A DNA stretch of 44,667 nt from Candidatus Micrarchaeota archaeon (GTDB lineage: Archaea > Micrarchaeota > Micrarchaeia > Norongarragalinales > UBA8480): NCBI GenBank assembly GCA_021812145.1, contig JAKAOM010000001.1, positions 87,898-132,564 of the forward strand. The letters are read 5' to 3'. A program made the translations under genes and the position numbers. This document shows, piece by piece, positions 35,652 to 44,306 of the stretch. Numbering within the stretch: position 1 is the stretch's first letter; the number at the start of each line of letters is the position of its first letter. The notes under the pieces were generated by a model that was given only the letters and a program-made list of their open reading frames with translations, was not told the origin of the DNA and searched no databases.

Positions 35652-35751
35652 GCAGGGGTGGCAGAGTCTGGTCAAATGCGCATGGCTAAGGACCATGTAC
35701 CGTAGAGGTTGCCTGGGTTCAAAACCACTGGTGGAAATCCCAGCCCCTGCA
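35652..35751 (+). tRNA. tRNA-Leu(AAG), A34, with a 14-nt intron at 59/60 (35724-35737)
   Basis: Anticodon arm CATGG-CTAAGGA-CCATG puts AAG at 35688-35690; body nearly identical to tRNA-Leu(TAG); T-loop BHB. Confidence 0.92.
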
Positions 35752-35778
35752 TTTTTTGCTTTCAAAGGTGTTTTTTAA

Positions 35779-36126
35779 ATGATTATTGGTAGCGACAATC
35801 CTGAATTCCTTAGGCTTTTGGCTTTTCTTGAAAGAAAAGGAAGAAAGGAAAAAAGCGGTTTTTGGCTTCGAGTGGTGGAGCTTTTGAAAAAACCCAGAAG
35901 AAGGAGGGTGGAAGTTAATCTTTACAAGATCGGAAAATTCGACTCAGACTTTATAGTGGTGCCTGGAAAAGTTTTGGGAGTAGGCAATGTTGGAAAGAAA
36001 ACAATCGGCGCCTTGAGCTTTTCTGCAACCGCAAAAAAAAGGATAGAGGAGAGCGGCGGAAAGGCTTTGAGCTTGATGGATTTCGCCGAGAAGGTAAAAC
36101 AGGAAGGAGTTATGATTGTTGTTTAA
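35779..36126 (+). CDS. rpl18e: 50S ribosomal protein eL18
   Basis: PRRRRVEVNL.KI, VVPGKVLG.G, FSATAK..I...GG. Confidence 0.95.
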   Translation: MIIGSDNPEFLRLLAFLERKGRKEKSGFWLRVVELLKKPRRRRVEVNLYKIGKFDSDFIVVPGKVLGVGNVGKKTIGALSFSATAKKRIEESGGKALSLMDFAEKVKQEGVMIVV

Positions 36127-36145
36127 TTTGGTGATTTGAATTACT

Positions 36146-36547
36146 ATGGATTTGGATGCGGATGGAATGATTGTTGGACGACTTGCGGCTTTCTGCGCAA
36201 AACAGGCGTTGAAAGGAGAGGTTGTAAATGTATTTAACGTTGAGAAGAGCGTTTTCAGCGCTACAAGCGAGAAGGTTTTATTCACAAAATATTTGAAAAG
36301 AAGGGGAATACAGAACAAGGCCGACCCTGAGAAAAGCGCGAAGTGGCCAAGAAGACCTGATTTTTTCTTCAAAAAAATCGTAAGCGGAATGCTTCCGGAT
36401 GGAAGAAGAGGCAAGGACGCGCTTAAGAGAATTAAAGTTTTTCTTACTAGCGGAGGGGTAAAACCTGAATTGAAGAATTCCAATTCCCTGAAAGTCAAGA
36501 CTGTTACATTGAAGGAGTTGTGCGCAAAGTTGGGGTGGAATGAATGA
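36146..36547 (+). CDS. rpl13: 50S ribosomal protein uL13
   Basis: DADGMIVGRLA..AK..L.GE, PRRPD, GMLP, LC.KLGW. Confidence 0.94.
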   Translation: MDLDADGMIVGRLAAFCAKQALKGEVVNVFNVEKSVFSATSEKVLFTKYLKRRGIQNKADPEKSAKWPRRPDFFFKKIVSGMLPDGRRGKDALKRIKVFLTSGGVKPELKNSNSLKVKTVTLKELCAKLGWNE

Positions 36548-36987
36548 GCAAGAAAACAGATAAAACTGCTAAAAATGATAAAGCCAAGTCAAAGGCAAAA
36601 AAAACCGACGTTCTATACGCAAGAGGTAAGAGGAAGGAAAGCATTGCAAGGGTTACCGCGAAGCCGGGCGAAGGCTTGGTTTGGGTGAACGGAGGCCTTT
36701 TGGTAGGCAATGATTCAAGGCTTATCAGTTTGCAGGAGGTTTTTTCACTTGTTCCTGAAGTAAAGCTAAACTTTTTCGCGATTGTTTCAGGCGGCGGAGT
36801 GGAAGGTCAGGGCCAGGCTTTGAAAACAGGTGTGGCGAGAATACTAGCAAAAGTCGGGGGGGAAGAGATAAAGAAAAAATTTATGGATTTCGACAGGTCT
36901 CTTTTAGTTGAAGACGTTAGAAGAGTGGAGCCTAAAAAGTTCAAGGGGCCAAAAGCCAGGGCGAGATTCACCAAGAGTTACAGGTGA
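36544..36987 (+). CDS. rps9: 30S ribosomal protein uS9
   Basis: GKRKESIAR, GGGVEGQ, D.RR.EPKK..GP.ARAR..KSYR. Confidence 0.95.
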   Translation: MSKKTDKTAKNDKAKSKAKKTDVLYARGKRKESIARVTAKPGEGLVWVNGGLLVGNDSRLISLQEVFSLVPEVKLNFFAIVSGGGVEGQGQALKTGVARILAKVGGEEIKKKFMDFDRSLLVEDVRRVEPKKFKGPKARARFTKSYR

Positions 36988-37021
36988 TTTGAGTTATGAA
37001 AACAATATTAGGTGTTTTTTC

Positions 37022-37219
37022 ATGCTGATTCCAGTAAGATGCTTCAGTTGCAACAACCCTGTTTCAGAGAAGTGGGGCGAGTTTCAGGAGCGTGTTTCCA
37101 AGGGAGAGGACGCCGGCAGGGTTTTGAACGAGCTCGGAGTTGACAGAATCTGCTGCAGGAGAATGTTCTTGGGCAACGTCGACTTGATTGAGGAAGTCAA
37201 AAGCTACAGACGCTACTAG
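37022..37219 (+). CDS. rpoN: RNA polymerase subunit N (Rpo10)
   Basis: MLIPVRCFSC...LG..RICCRRM; start reset to ATG at 37022. Confidence 0.96.
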   Translation: MLIPVRCFSCNNPVSEKWGEFQERVSKGEDAGRVLNELGVDRICCRRMFLGNVDLIEEVKSYRRY

Positions 37220-37238
37220 ATTTTTTCATTTATAAATT

Positions 37239-38360
37239 TTATTCTTTTACTGAGTAGATTTTGTTGATGAAGCCGCGTTTGCTTCCTTTATCTTCTCTTT
37301 GCTTTTTTATCAATCCGTCTTTAAGCATTTCCTTCAGCAGGTTGTAGGCTTTTGTTTCGTTCAAACCTATTTCTTCTTCAATTTCTTTTTTAGGCGCGCT
37401 TCCATCTCTAAGCATTTCCATTATTCTATTTTTTATCAATTCATTCTTTGCTTTTTTGGCTTGGATTTTCAGTTTTTTTCTTTCCAGTGACTTGGTCTTT
37501 TTTTGAAGTTCGTAACCCCCATTTTCTATTTCGCTTGTTTTTTCCATTATTTTATTTATTATTTTACCCTTGTTTTTGAGTTTTTTCGTTTGTTTTTCCA
37601 TTTCCCAGAATAGGGCGGGCAGTCCTTTTTCTTCTTGGAGTGCTTTCTCTTTTTTTTGGCTGCTTTTGATTTCGAATTTTTTCTGCATTTCTAGAAGTTT
37701 TTCGCCAACCTCGCTTACTTCGCTTGTTTTTATTCTTCGTTTTTTTATCAGCTCTTTTAGTATTTTGAAGGTGTATGCCGGATCGGTTTGCATTGCTTTT
37801 GCTTTGCTGTTTGTCGCTTCTATTTGATTTTTAAGTTCGGGGAGCTCTTCTACAGCGTAAGGGCTTATTCTTATGAACTGGGTTGGGTTGACTCCTTTTT
37901 CTGAAATTGTTTTTGCGTGGATTATCATTTCGTTGAGTTGGCTTTCATTCAAAATTAACCTCTTCTTGCTTTTGTAGTATTTCGAGTTGTTTTCGATCTT
38001 GCTATTTTCAAGAATAGCGTCAAGTGCGAAGAAGGGGTCTGAGTGTTTTTTGATTGAGTTTGCGAGTTCAACAGCATTTTTGAGTGTTTGAGGGCTTGTT
38101 TTTTTAGCAATTTCTTTTATTATTCTAACCTGCATTTCAATGTTGTGGTCCTGGTTTCTGTGAATTTCAGCTATTTGCGATATTAAGTTTGGTTCAAGCA
38201 TTTCTTCACGGTATTTGCCCTCCCTTCCGACAGTTATTTTTTTGATGTTGTTTATTATTTTTTTATCATTGTTTAAACCAAGGTCCGCTAGTGTTTTTTT
38301 GATTTTATACTCCGCTTCGCTTTCACTAAACCTTTTACTGTTTTCCTCTTTTCTTTCCAT
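37239..38360 (-). CDS. Hypothetical helical protein with a C-terminal wHTH-like domain
   Basis: IMEMLRDG..PKKEIEEEIGLNETKAYNLLKEMLKDGLIKK...IYS resembles wHTH; the rest is K/E-rich and helical. Confidence 0.65.
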   Translation of the reverse strand: MERKEENSKRFSESEAEYKIKKTLADLGLNNDKKIINNIKKITVGREGKYREEMLEPNLISQIAEIHRNQDHNIEMQVRIIKEIAKKTSPQTLKNAVELANSIKKHSDPFFALDAILENSKIENNSKYYKSKKRLILNESQLNEMIIHAKTISEKGVNPTQFIRISPYAVEELPELKNQIEATNSKAKAMQTDPAYTFKILKELIKKRRIKTSEVSEVGEKLLEMQKKFEIKSSQKKEKALQEEKGLPALFWEMEKQTKKLKNKGKIINKIMEKTSEIENGGYELQKKTKSLERKKLKIQAKKAKNELIKNRIMEMLRDGSAPKKEIEEEIGLNETKAYNLLKEMLKDGLIKKQREDKGSKRGFINKIYSVKE

Positions 38361-38501
38361 TGTTTTTTTTAGTTGCAGTTCATTTTAATTAATCTTTTGG
38401 ATTGTTTGGTTGGTTTTTTCTAGATTTTTTGTTTTGGGTTTTTCATATCTGGTTTTTTTCGTGGAAAGTGTTTTTAACTTTCTTTTCCTTTTTTCTGCTC
38501 A

Positions 38502-38575
38502 GGGGTTGTGGGACAACTTGGTCAGCCTATCAGCTTAGGGAGCTGAAGATCCGAGTTCAAATCTCGGCAACCCCA
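38502..38575 (+). tRNA. tRNA-Pro(AGG), A34, no intron
   Basis: Acceptor GGGGTTG/CAACCCC+A; anticodon arm TCAGC-TTAGGGA-GCTGA puts AGG at 38537-38539; T-arm CCGAG-TTCAAAT-CTCGG. Confidence 0.9.
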
Positions 38576-38681
38576 TCTCAAATTGTTAATAGAAATATGT
38601 AAGTTATGTTTTCTTTGTGTTGTATATTCAAATGGTTTGAATAAAAGGTTTTTAAATATTGCCTTTCTTATTTTAATGTCA

Positions 38682-41600
38682 ATGAGCTTGCAGGATTCAT
38701 ATTATAGTTTTATTTCTAATACTCCTTTGAAGGGTGTGGCGATGGCTATTGAGAATGCGGGAATTCCAAGCTTTCCTGTTTTTATTATATTAGCTCTTTT
38801 GATTGTCGGAGGGTTGGGCTTTATTGTTTTTTCCAGTTTTTCAGGAGTTCAGCAGGGTTATTCTGTCAATGTTTTAAGTTCTTCCGGCCCTGTAAGCGGG
38901 GCTATGGTCACTGTCTCTTATCAGGGAAAGGTTTTGACAAATTATACTGACGACAGTGGGAACGCTGTTTTTTCAGGAGTTCCTTCAAACGCTCTTCCCA
39001 GCGTTTCTGTAAACGCCAGCGGGTTTTCTTTTGTTTCCAAGCAGGGTCTTTCTTCAGGAAGTCCTATTAATCTTCAAACCGTCCCTGCCAGCGTGACTTT
39101 AAGCGTTCAAAGCACTGGCAGCGCGCCTATCAGCAATGCAAACGTTCTGTATCAGGTTGGCGGCGGTGCAATTCAGTCAACTGTGACTGACGGTAACGGT
39201 AACGCTGTTTTGACTGTTGCTTTAAACTCTCAGGTTTCAGGAACAGTTTCAGCCAGCGGTTATCAAACTGGCAATTTTTCATTCACTGTTTCGCAGCAGT
39301 CTATAAGCGAGAGCGTGGTTTTGAATGCAATTACAACAACCACAAATAATCAGGCTTTGATGATGACTGCTCAGGATCAAAATGTTATTTCAAGTCCTGA
39401 CACCAACACTTCTGCTTATAATATAGACTCTAACAATAATTTCGCAAGCAACGCTAGCGTTTACGTGACTGTATCTGATTTGAACGGCAATCCTCTCAAC
39501 GCAACTGTTGATCTTTTCTTGAACGGCTCTTCAAACTCTTTCGCTTCCATTCTTGCAAGCAACGGAACAGCTGTTTTTTCTGTTGGCGTTGGAAGCAGCG
39601 TTTACGCCACAGCTTCTCTTGACGGGTACGCTTCTTCATCCTCAGCAGCGGATGTTGTTTCAGCCAGCGGTTTGAACTTGGCTGTTTCTTTAACGCCAGT
39701 TAATTATCAGAACACTACAAACGTTACTGTTAGCGTTTTCGCTAACTCTTCCAATGGAACGATTCCTGTTTCTGGAAGTATTTATTTATGGACCTATCCA
39801 TTACAAAACGTGGTTTACGAGAGTTCTTCTTATGAAAGCGGAGCTGTGATAAACGTTCCGGTTGGAGTTGGTTTTAGAGTAGGTGTTTTTTCAGCTGGTT
39901 ATTTAGCCCAAATTTCTCCTCTTGAGTTCGCTTTAAACTCTTCTCCTCTTGAAGTTAATTTTTCAATGGTCAACGCCACTCTTCAAAACTCTTTCACTTT
40001 GAATGTTTCAACTGTTGATTTCTACAACAACCCTGTTTCCGGAGCCTATGTAAGCGTTTATGATAAGGGAGTTGTTTTCCCTCTTGATATTCAGAATTTT
40101 CAAACTGATTTTAACGGGAATATTTCAATTCCAGGCCTTCCTCTTCCGATAAACGGTTTCAGCGTTTCTGCTGTTTCAAGCGCTTACTCTGGAAAAACTT
40201 TGCTTAACGCAAATTCTTCAATTAACGGGACTGTTTCAGCAACTGTTGTTCTCCTTCCACCTATAACCACCGTCAGTGTTGAAGCTTATGGTTTCGACGG
40301 AACTCCTTTGAACGCTACTTTTTCAAGCTATTTTGTTGATTCTAACAATCAGCCTCAACTGATAGATTCTTGCTCTTCTCAAGCTCCCTCCACCTGTAGC
40401 CTTAAAGTTTTTACTGGCGTTTCTCTTGTATTGCAGGCTTCAAGCAATCAAACTCCCGGCTATCTTCCAGCGGTTTACTCAAGCCAGTTCAATCCTAAAG
40501 ATTCTTATTTTGAGAATTTCACTCTTTACCCTACCAACTCTCCTTTGCTTGGAAGCTTCAATGTTTTCGGTCCCTGCAATTGGAATGACTCCTACTCTTC
40601 ATGCTCTAACGACACTTCTCTTTCTCCTTCTTTGTTTAACGCAAGCAACGGCAGTCTTACTGTTGGAATGAAGTATTACGCTGTTTTCAAAATCAACGTT
40701 AACACCACTGCCGATCATTACGGCGTTTATTTCTTGACTGGCAATTCAAGCGGTGATGTTTTAAGCGACAACGCTGCTTTGATGAAATTCCCTGTTGACA
40801 TGCTTACCTATAGTTCAAGCGATGTTTTCAATCCTGCCTATTTCAACGATAGCGGTGACACTGGGTTTAACAGCGGTTGCGGTTCAACTATTTTAAACAC
40901 TTCATTAGGTTTTTACAAGTGGGTTGAATCAGTATCTCAAATTCCTTCAAGCGCTTCTTCTTCAAGTGTTGCAACTTATACTGTTCAAATTCCTTTCATG
41001 ATAACCGCTTCTTCTCCAGAAGGTTTGAATGTTTTCTACAGGGTTTTTGAAACTTCCAACAATTCTTACATTCGCGATCCTTTCGACTCGAGGCTTAACG
41101 TTTCGGCTTCAGCGCCTGGAGTTCAGGAGTGCAACGCGGCGGTTTATACTCAGCGCTTCCATGTTTTTCAGGATAATAATAGTGAAACGCTTTGCAGCGA
41201 TCAGGCTTGCTTGAAGGTTTATTGCGAAGTGCCTGGAGTTTCAAGCCAAGCTCGCTGCTACAATGTTAACGTTCCTGCCTTCAGCTATCAAGGCAATGTT
41301 TTGAATGTTTTCTACAATATTTTAGACATGAATCCCGACAGTTTTGCCGGAACTCCTCTTTCAATAGGCTCTTCCGCCATCTCTCCTTTTGACAGCAATT
41401 ATCTAACCTTGGCTTACGCCAACCTAACTCCTGCCGGGAGTTACTTTAATAACATTGTAAACCAGACTATTTTCAACTCTACTGGGAGCGGGGTTTTGAA
41501 TTTAACCAATAATGGGAACGCTTCTGTTCAAAACATTGTTTTCACTTATGGTTCAAAGCTTTCCTTCACCACCAGCGTGAATTTAAGCAGCGCTCCGCAG

Positions 41601-44234
41601 CCAGTCTCTCTTCTTCCAGCCCTTCCGAGTGGCTATATAGTTAACTATAATCAAAGCGCGGGTAATTTAAGCCTTGACTTTTTGAATGGTTCTTCTTCTT
41701 CAGGCATTCAGTTTTATTCAGACCCTATAATGCCTGCCGACGCTGTCTTTCTTGTTTTGAATCAATCTTCTGTCAGCTGTGGTCAGGGAATGCAGGTTCA
41801 CTTAACCAACCTAACTGACCAGTGCGTTACAATCAACAGCATTCAGAACGATCCTGTTCTTTCTGGCTTGTCTTCTTACTTGAAGGCTTGGGGTGGCAGT
41901 GTTTACGTTTTAAGGTACGATCCAACCAACCCTCAATGCAGCGCTTTCTCAATAAACCCTAACGTGGTGAATAACTTCAACTCGAATGGTTTAAGCGTGG
42001 GAAATATATGCAATGGGGTTTACGCTAACTTTTCAATACAAGCTAACTCTACTAAACCCACTTCCTGCTCTCAAACCGGTTCAAGCAGCAACGGCTACTG
42101 CGCTGTAACTGAAAAGCAAGCGTGGAGCGAGTCTGCAATGTCCACTTCCGTAAACCCGGCAGGCAAAACAAACACTGTTGGCGTTTTGATTAACAACAGG
42201 GTTTACTCGCAGAGCGGAACGGTTCCGTTGAACAACACCAACGGCGGGGCTTTCAACAACCCTCAAATCAGCGTTCAGCAGCAGATAACCCTTCAAGACC
42301 AGGGCGGTTTTTTCACTATTTCAAGCATGAACAATTCAATTCCAACTCCTTTGATTAACGTTTCCGGTTCAACAACAATCCCTGCTCCTGCTTTTGACCC
42401 TATGGGTTATGGCGGCACTTCTCAAATTCCTGCCGACAGTTCAAGCGATTTCGCAGACTTGGTGGAGCTTTCAAATTCTTCATTCTACGGCAGCGCTTTG
42501 GCTGTTTTGAACAACACTGCTTTTAGAAGAAGTTTGCCGAACAGTTTCGGAACTCCTATTCAGCTTTCATCTTTCCCTTACAGCGCTTTCGCTTCTGTCA
42601 ATAATACTAACATTTCATTTGCTTTCGGCGCTGACTGGCTTGGAAAGAGCGGTTCTGGAAGCGTTGACTTCAGTTTTGCAGGCGTCAACACTCCAAGCAA
42701 TTGTACAACGCAGAATCAGAGAGGGGTTTACGGCTTGACTTTGACTTACTCTCCTTCCAACGGAACGGTGAGCATTCAGGCGAACCCGTTGAGTTTTGGA
42801 ATGCAGAACGACTTCGCGCACCTTCAAAACTTGAACGTTCAAATGTGCGGTACGATGAGCTTCAACCCTGCAACTCAGAACTTCCAGAACACCGGCGACG
42901 GGTGGTATTATTCTGCTTATCCAGGGACAGGAGGCACTTTAAGCGACGGTCATTCTTTCAACGTGAACATGGTTCACCCTGCTTACAATGCTGTAGCTTT
43001 CGTAGGTCAGTCGGTTGTAAACGCCGGCAAGGCTTTCGCTTCTTGTGGAGTTTCAGATCTTGCCGCTTACGGCGCTTGCACGGTAGCATTCAACATTGCT
43101 TTGGCTGCATCCTGTTCAACTTATTGTTCACCATCGGCTAGCGTGCCTTATGCTGGTTTTGCAACTTATGCTGCTTGTGATTCTTCTTGTATAGGTGCTG
43201 GCGGTAATGGTCCTGGAGGTGCTACTGCTAATCTTGCAGGAATAGCTGCTTTTCAAGGCAGTTTTTCAGCCGCGACGGCTGCTTTCGATGCTGCTCTCAA
43301 AAACATTCATATTGACGTAACTCCAGGTGATGTTTATGATGCTTCAAGCTTTTTAGGCACTCTTAACACCATTTGTCAGGTTGCAAGTCCTGTTGCAAAT
43401 ACTGTCAACAGCATTGTAACTAGTTACAAGGCAACAGAGCTTGTTTCTAAGGAGGCGTCTACAGATCAGGGAAGTTTGTGTGGAGAATATGCAAGTCAGA
43501 CTTTTGATTCTAGCTGCGCTTGTGGTACTGCTGTTTTTGGTTCCACATCCTCAAGTGCATTGTCAGTTTCAGGCTGTTGGATTGAGAAGGGACTGCTTGC
43601 TGCGTACTCTAGTAATTCTATTCAAACTGCTAGCTATAATACTAAAACTGCTATTGATGATACTAAAACTGCTTCTGAAAAGGCTGATGCTACTCTACAA
43701 ACTGCTGGAGCTGCATCTCCATTCAGTCAGAGTGCATATGACAAGGCATTAGTTGCAGATGAAGAAGCTGCAGGAAAACTTGAAAGCGCAAATGCCTTAG
43801 ATAACGTATTGAATAAACCAGATAGCAAGGTTGGCTGGCTTGACGAGTCTACTAGTGTGATTAATGGATTATGCACCTACCCCTACATGGTTTTGGGAGC
43901 TATTCAAACACTAGGAGCGTTCGGAGGAAACAAGCCGGCATATGTTGGAATTGGAATCAGTGGAAGCGGTTCAAGCTCCTGGCTTACGGCTTTTGAAACG
44001 GTTTTCGGAAGCACTGTTCAGAAGGGAAATGTGGATTGCTCAAACGCTTTTAACTTCGACCCATCACAGAAAACTTTTGCCTGGAATAATTTCGACCTTG
44101 TAAGCCTTAGGGCGTTTGAAGGAATGAATGGGCAGTGTTATTCTGCAAATAATATAAAGACCTACGTTCCTTCTGGAGACTTAAACCCTGGAAGTCAGAC
44201 TGCAACATTCTACATTTCAAGCAAGATTCAATAA
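38682..44234 (+). CDS. Giant membrane-anchored surface glycoprotein (about 1850 aa) with carboxypeptidase-regulatory/Ig-like beta-sandwich repeats and a Cys/Ala-rich helical C-terminal region
   Basis: N-terminal GIPSFP plus TM anchor; repeated PVSGA.V...TD..G.A.F motifs; many sequons. Start set by alignment with the paralog at 44307. Confidence 0.8.
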   Translation: MSLQDSYYSFISNTPLKGVAMAIENAGIPSFPVFIILALLIVGGLGFIVFSSFSGVQQGYSVNVLSSSGPVSGAMVTVSYQGKVLTNYTDDSGNAVFSGVPSNALPSVSVNASGFSFVSKQGLSSGSPINLQTVPASVTLSVQSTGSAPISNANVLYQVGGGAIQSTVTDGNGNAVLTVALNSQVSGTVSASGYQTGNFSFTVSQQSISESVVLNAITTTTNNQALMMTAQDQNVISSPDTNTSAYNIDSNNNFASNASVYVTVSDLNGNPLNATVDLFLNGSSNSFASILASNGTAVFSVGVGSSVYATASLDGYASSSSAADVVSASGLNLAVSLTPVNYQNTTNVTVSVFANSSNGTIPVSGSIYLWTYPLQNVVYESSSYESGAVINVPVGVGFRVGVFSAGYLAQISPLEFALNSSPLEVNFSMVNATLQNSFTLNVSTVDFYNNPVSGAYVSVYDKGVVFPLDIQNFQTDFNGNISIPGLPLPINGFSVSAVSSAYSGKTLLNANSSINGTVSATVVLLPPITTVSVEAYGFDGTPLNATFSSYFVDSNNQPQLIDSCSSQAPSTCSLKVFTGVSLVLQASSNQTPGYLPAVYSSQFNPKDSYFENFTLYPTNSPLLGSFNVFGPCNWNDSYSSCSNDTSLSPSLFNASNGSLTVGMKYYAVFKINVNTTADHYGVYFLTGNSSGDVLSDNAALMKFPVDMLTYSSSDVFNPAYFNDSGDTGFNSGCGSTILNTSLGFYKWVESVSQIPSSASSSSVATYTVQIPFMITASSPEGLNVFYRVFETSNNSYIRDPFDSRLNVSASAPGVQECNAAVYTQRFHVFQDNNSETLCSDQACLKVYCEVPGVSSQARCYNVNVPAFSYQGNVLNVFYNILDMNPDSFAGTPLSIGSSAISPFDSNYLTLAYANLTPAGSYFNNIVNQTIFNSTGSGVLNLTNNGNASVQNIVFTYGSKLSFTTSVNLSSAPQPVSLLPALPSGYIVNYNQSAGNLSLDFLNGSSSSGIQFYSDPIMPADAVFLVLNQSSVSCGQGMQVHLTNLTDQCVTINSIQNDPVLSGLSSYLKAWGGSVYVLRYDPTNPQCSAFSINPNVVNNFNSNGLSVGNICNGVYANFSIQANSTKPTSCSQTGSSSNGYCAVTEKQAWSESAMSTSVNPAGKTNTVGVLINNRVYSQSGTVPLNNTNGGAFNNPQISVQQQITLQDQGGFFTISSMNNSIPTPLINVSGSTTIPAPAFDPMGYGGTSQIPADSSSDFADLVELSNSSFYGSALAVLNNTAFRRSLPNSFGTPIQLSSFPYSAFASVNNTNISFAFGADWLGKSGSGSVDFSFAGVNTPSNCTTQNQRGVYGLTLTYSPSNGTVSIQANPLSFGMQNDFAHLQNLNVQMCGTMSFNPATQNFQNTGDGWYYSAYPGTGGTLSDGHSFNVNMVHPAYNAVAFVGQSVVNAGKAFASCGVSDLAAYGACTVAFNIALAASCSTYCSPSASVPYAGFATYAACDSSCIGAGGNGPGGATANLAGIAAFQGSFSAATAAFDAALKNIHIDVTPGDVYDASSFLGTLNTICQVASPVANTVNSIVTSYKATELVSKEASTDQGSLCGEYASQTFDSSCACGTAVFGSTSSSALSVSGCWIEKGLLAAYSSNSIQTASYNTKTAIDDTKTASEKADATLQTAGAASPFSQSAYDKALVADEEAAGKLESANALDNVLNKPDSKVGWLDESTSVINGLCTYPYMVLGAIQTLGAFGGNKPAYVGIGISGSGSSSWLTAFETVFGSTVQKGNVDCSNAFNFDPSQKTFAWNNFDLVSLRAFEGMNGQCYSANNIKTYVPSGDLNPGSQTATFYISSKIQ

Positions 44235-44306
44235 TCTTTTTTCAAGTCTTGTTAAGGAAGATTAATCAATAGTTTTTTATTTGTTTAGTATTTTATTTTA
44301 GTTTTG

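Noticed and set aside
35681-35697. Reading the Leu anticodon as TAA (or the Pro anticodon at 38536-38538 as TAG)
   Set aside because: Perfect 5-bp stems fix 7-nt loops CTAAGGA and TTAGGGA with U33, so the anticodons are AAG and AGG.
38583-38681. N-terminal extension of the giant surface protein
   Set aside because: Contains a TATA-like element, and the paralog begins at the MSLQDS methionine.
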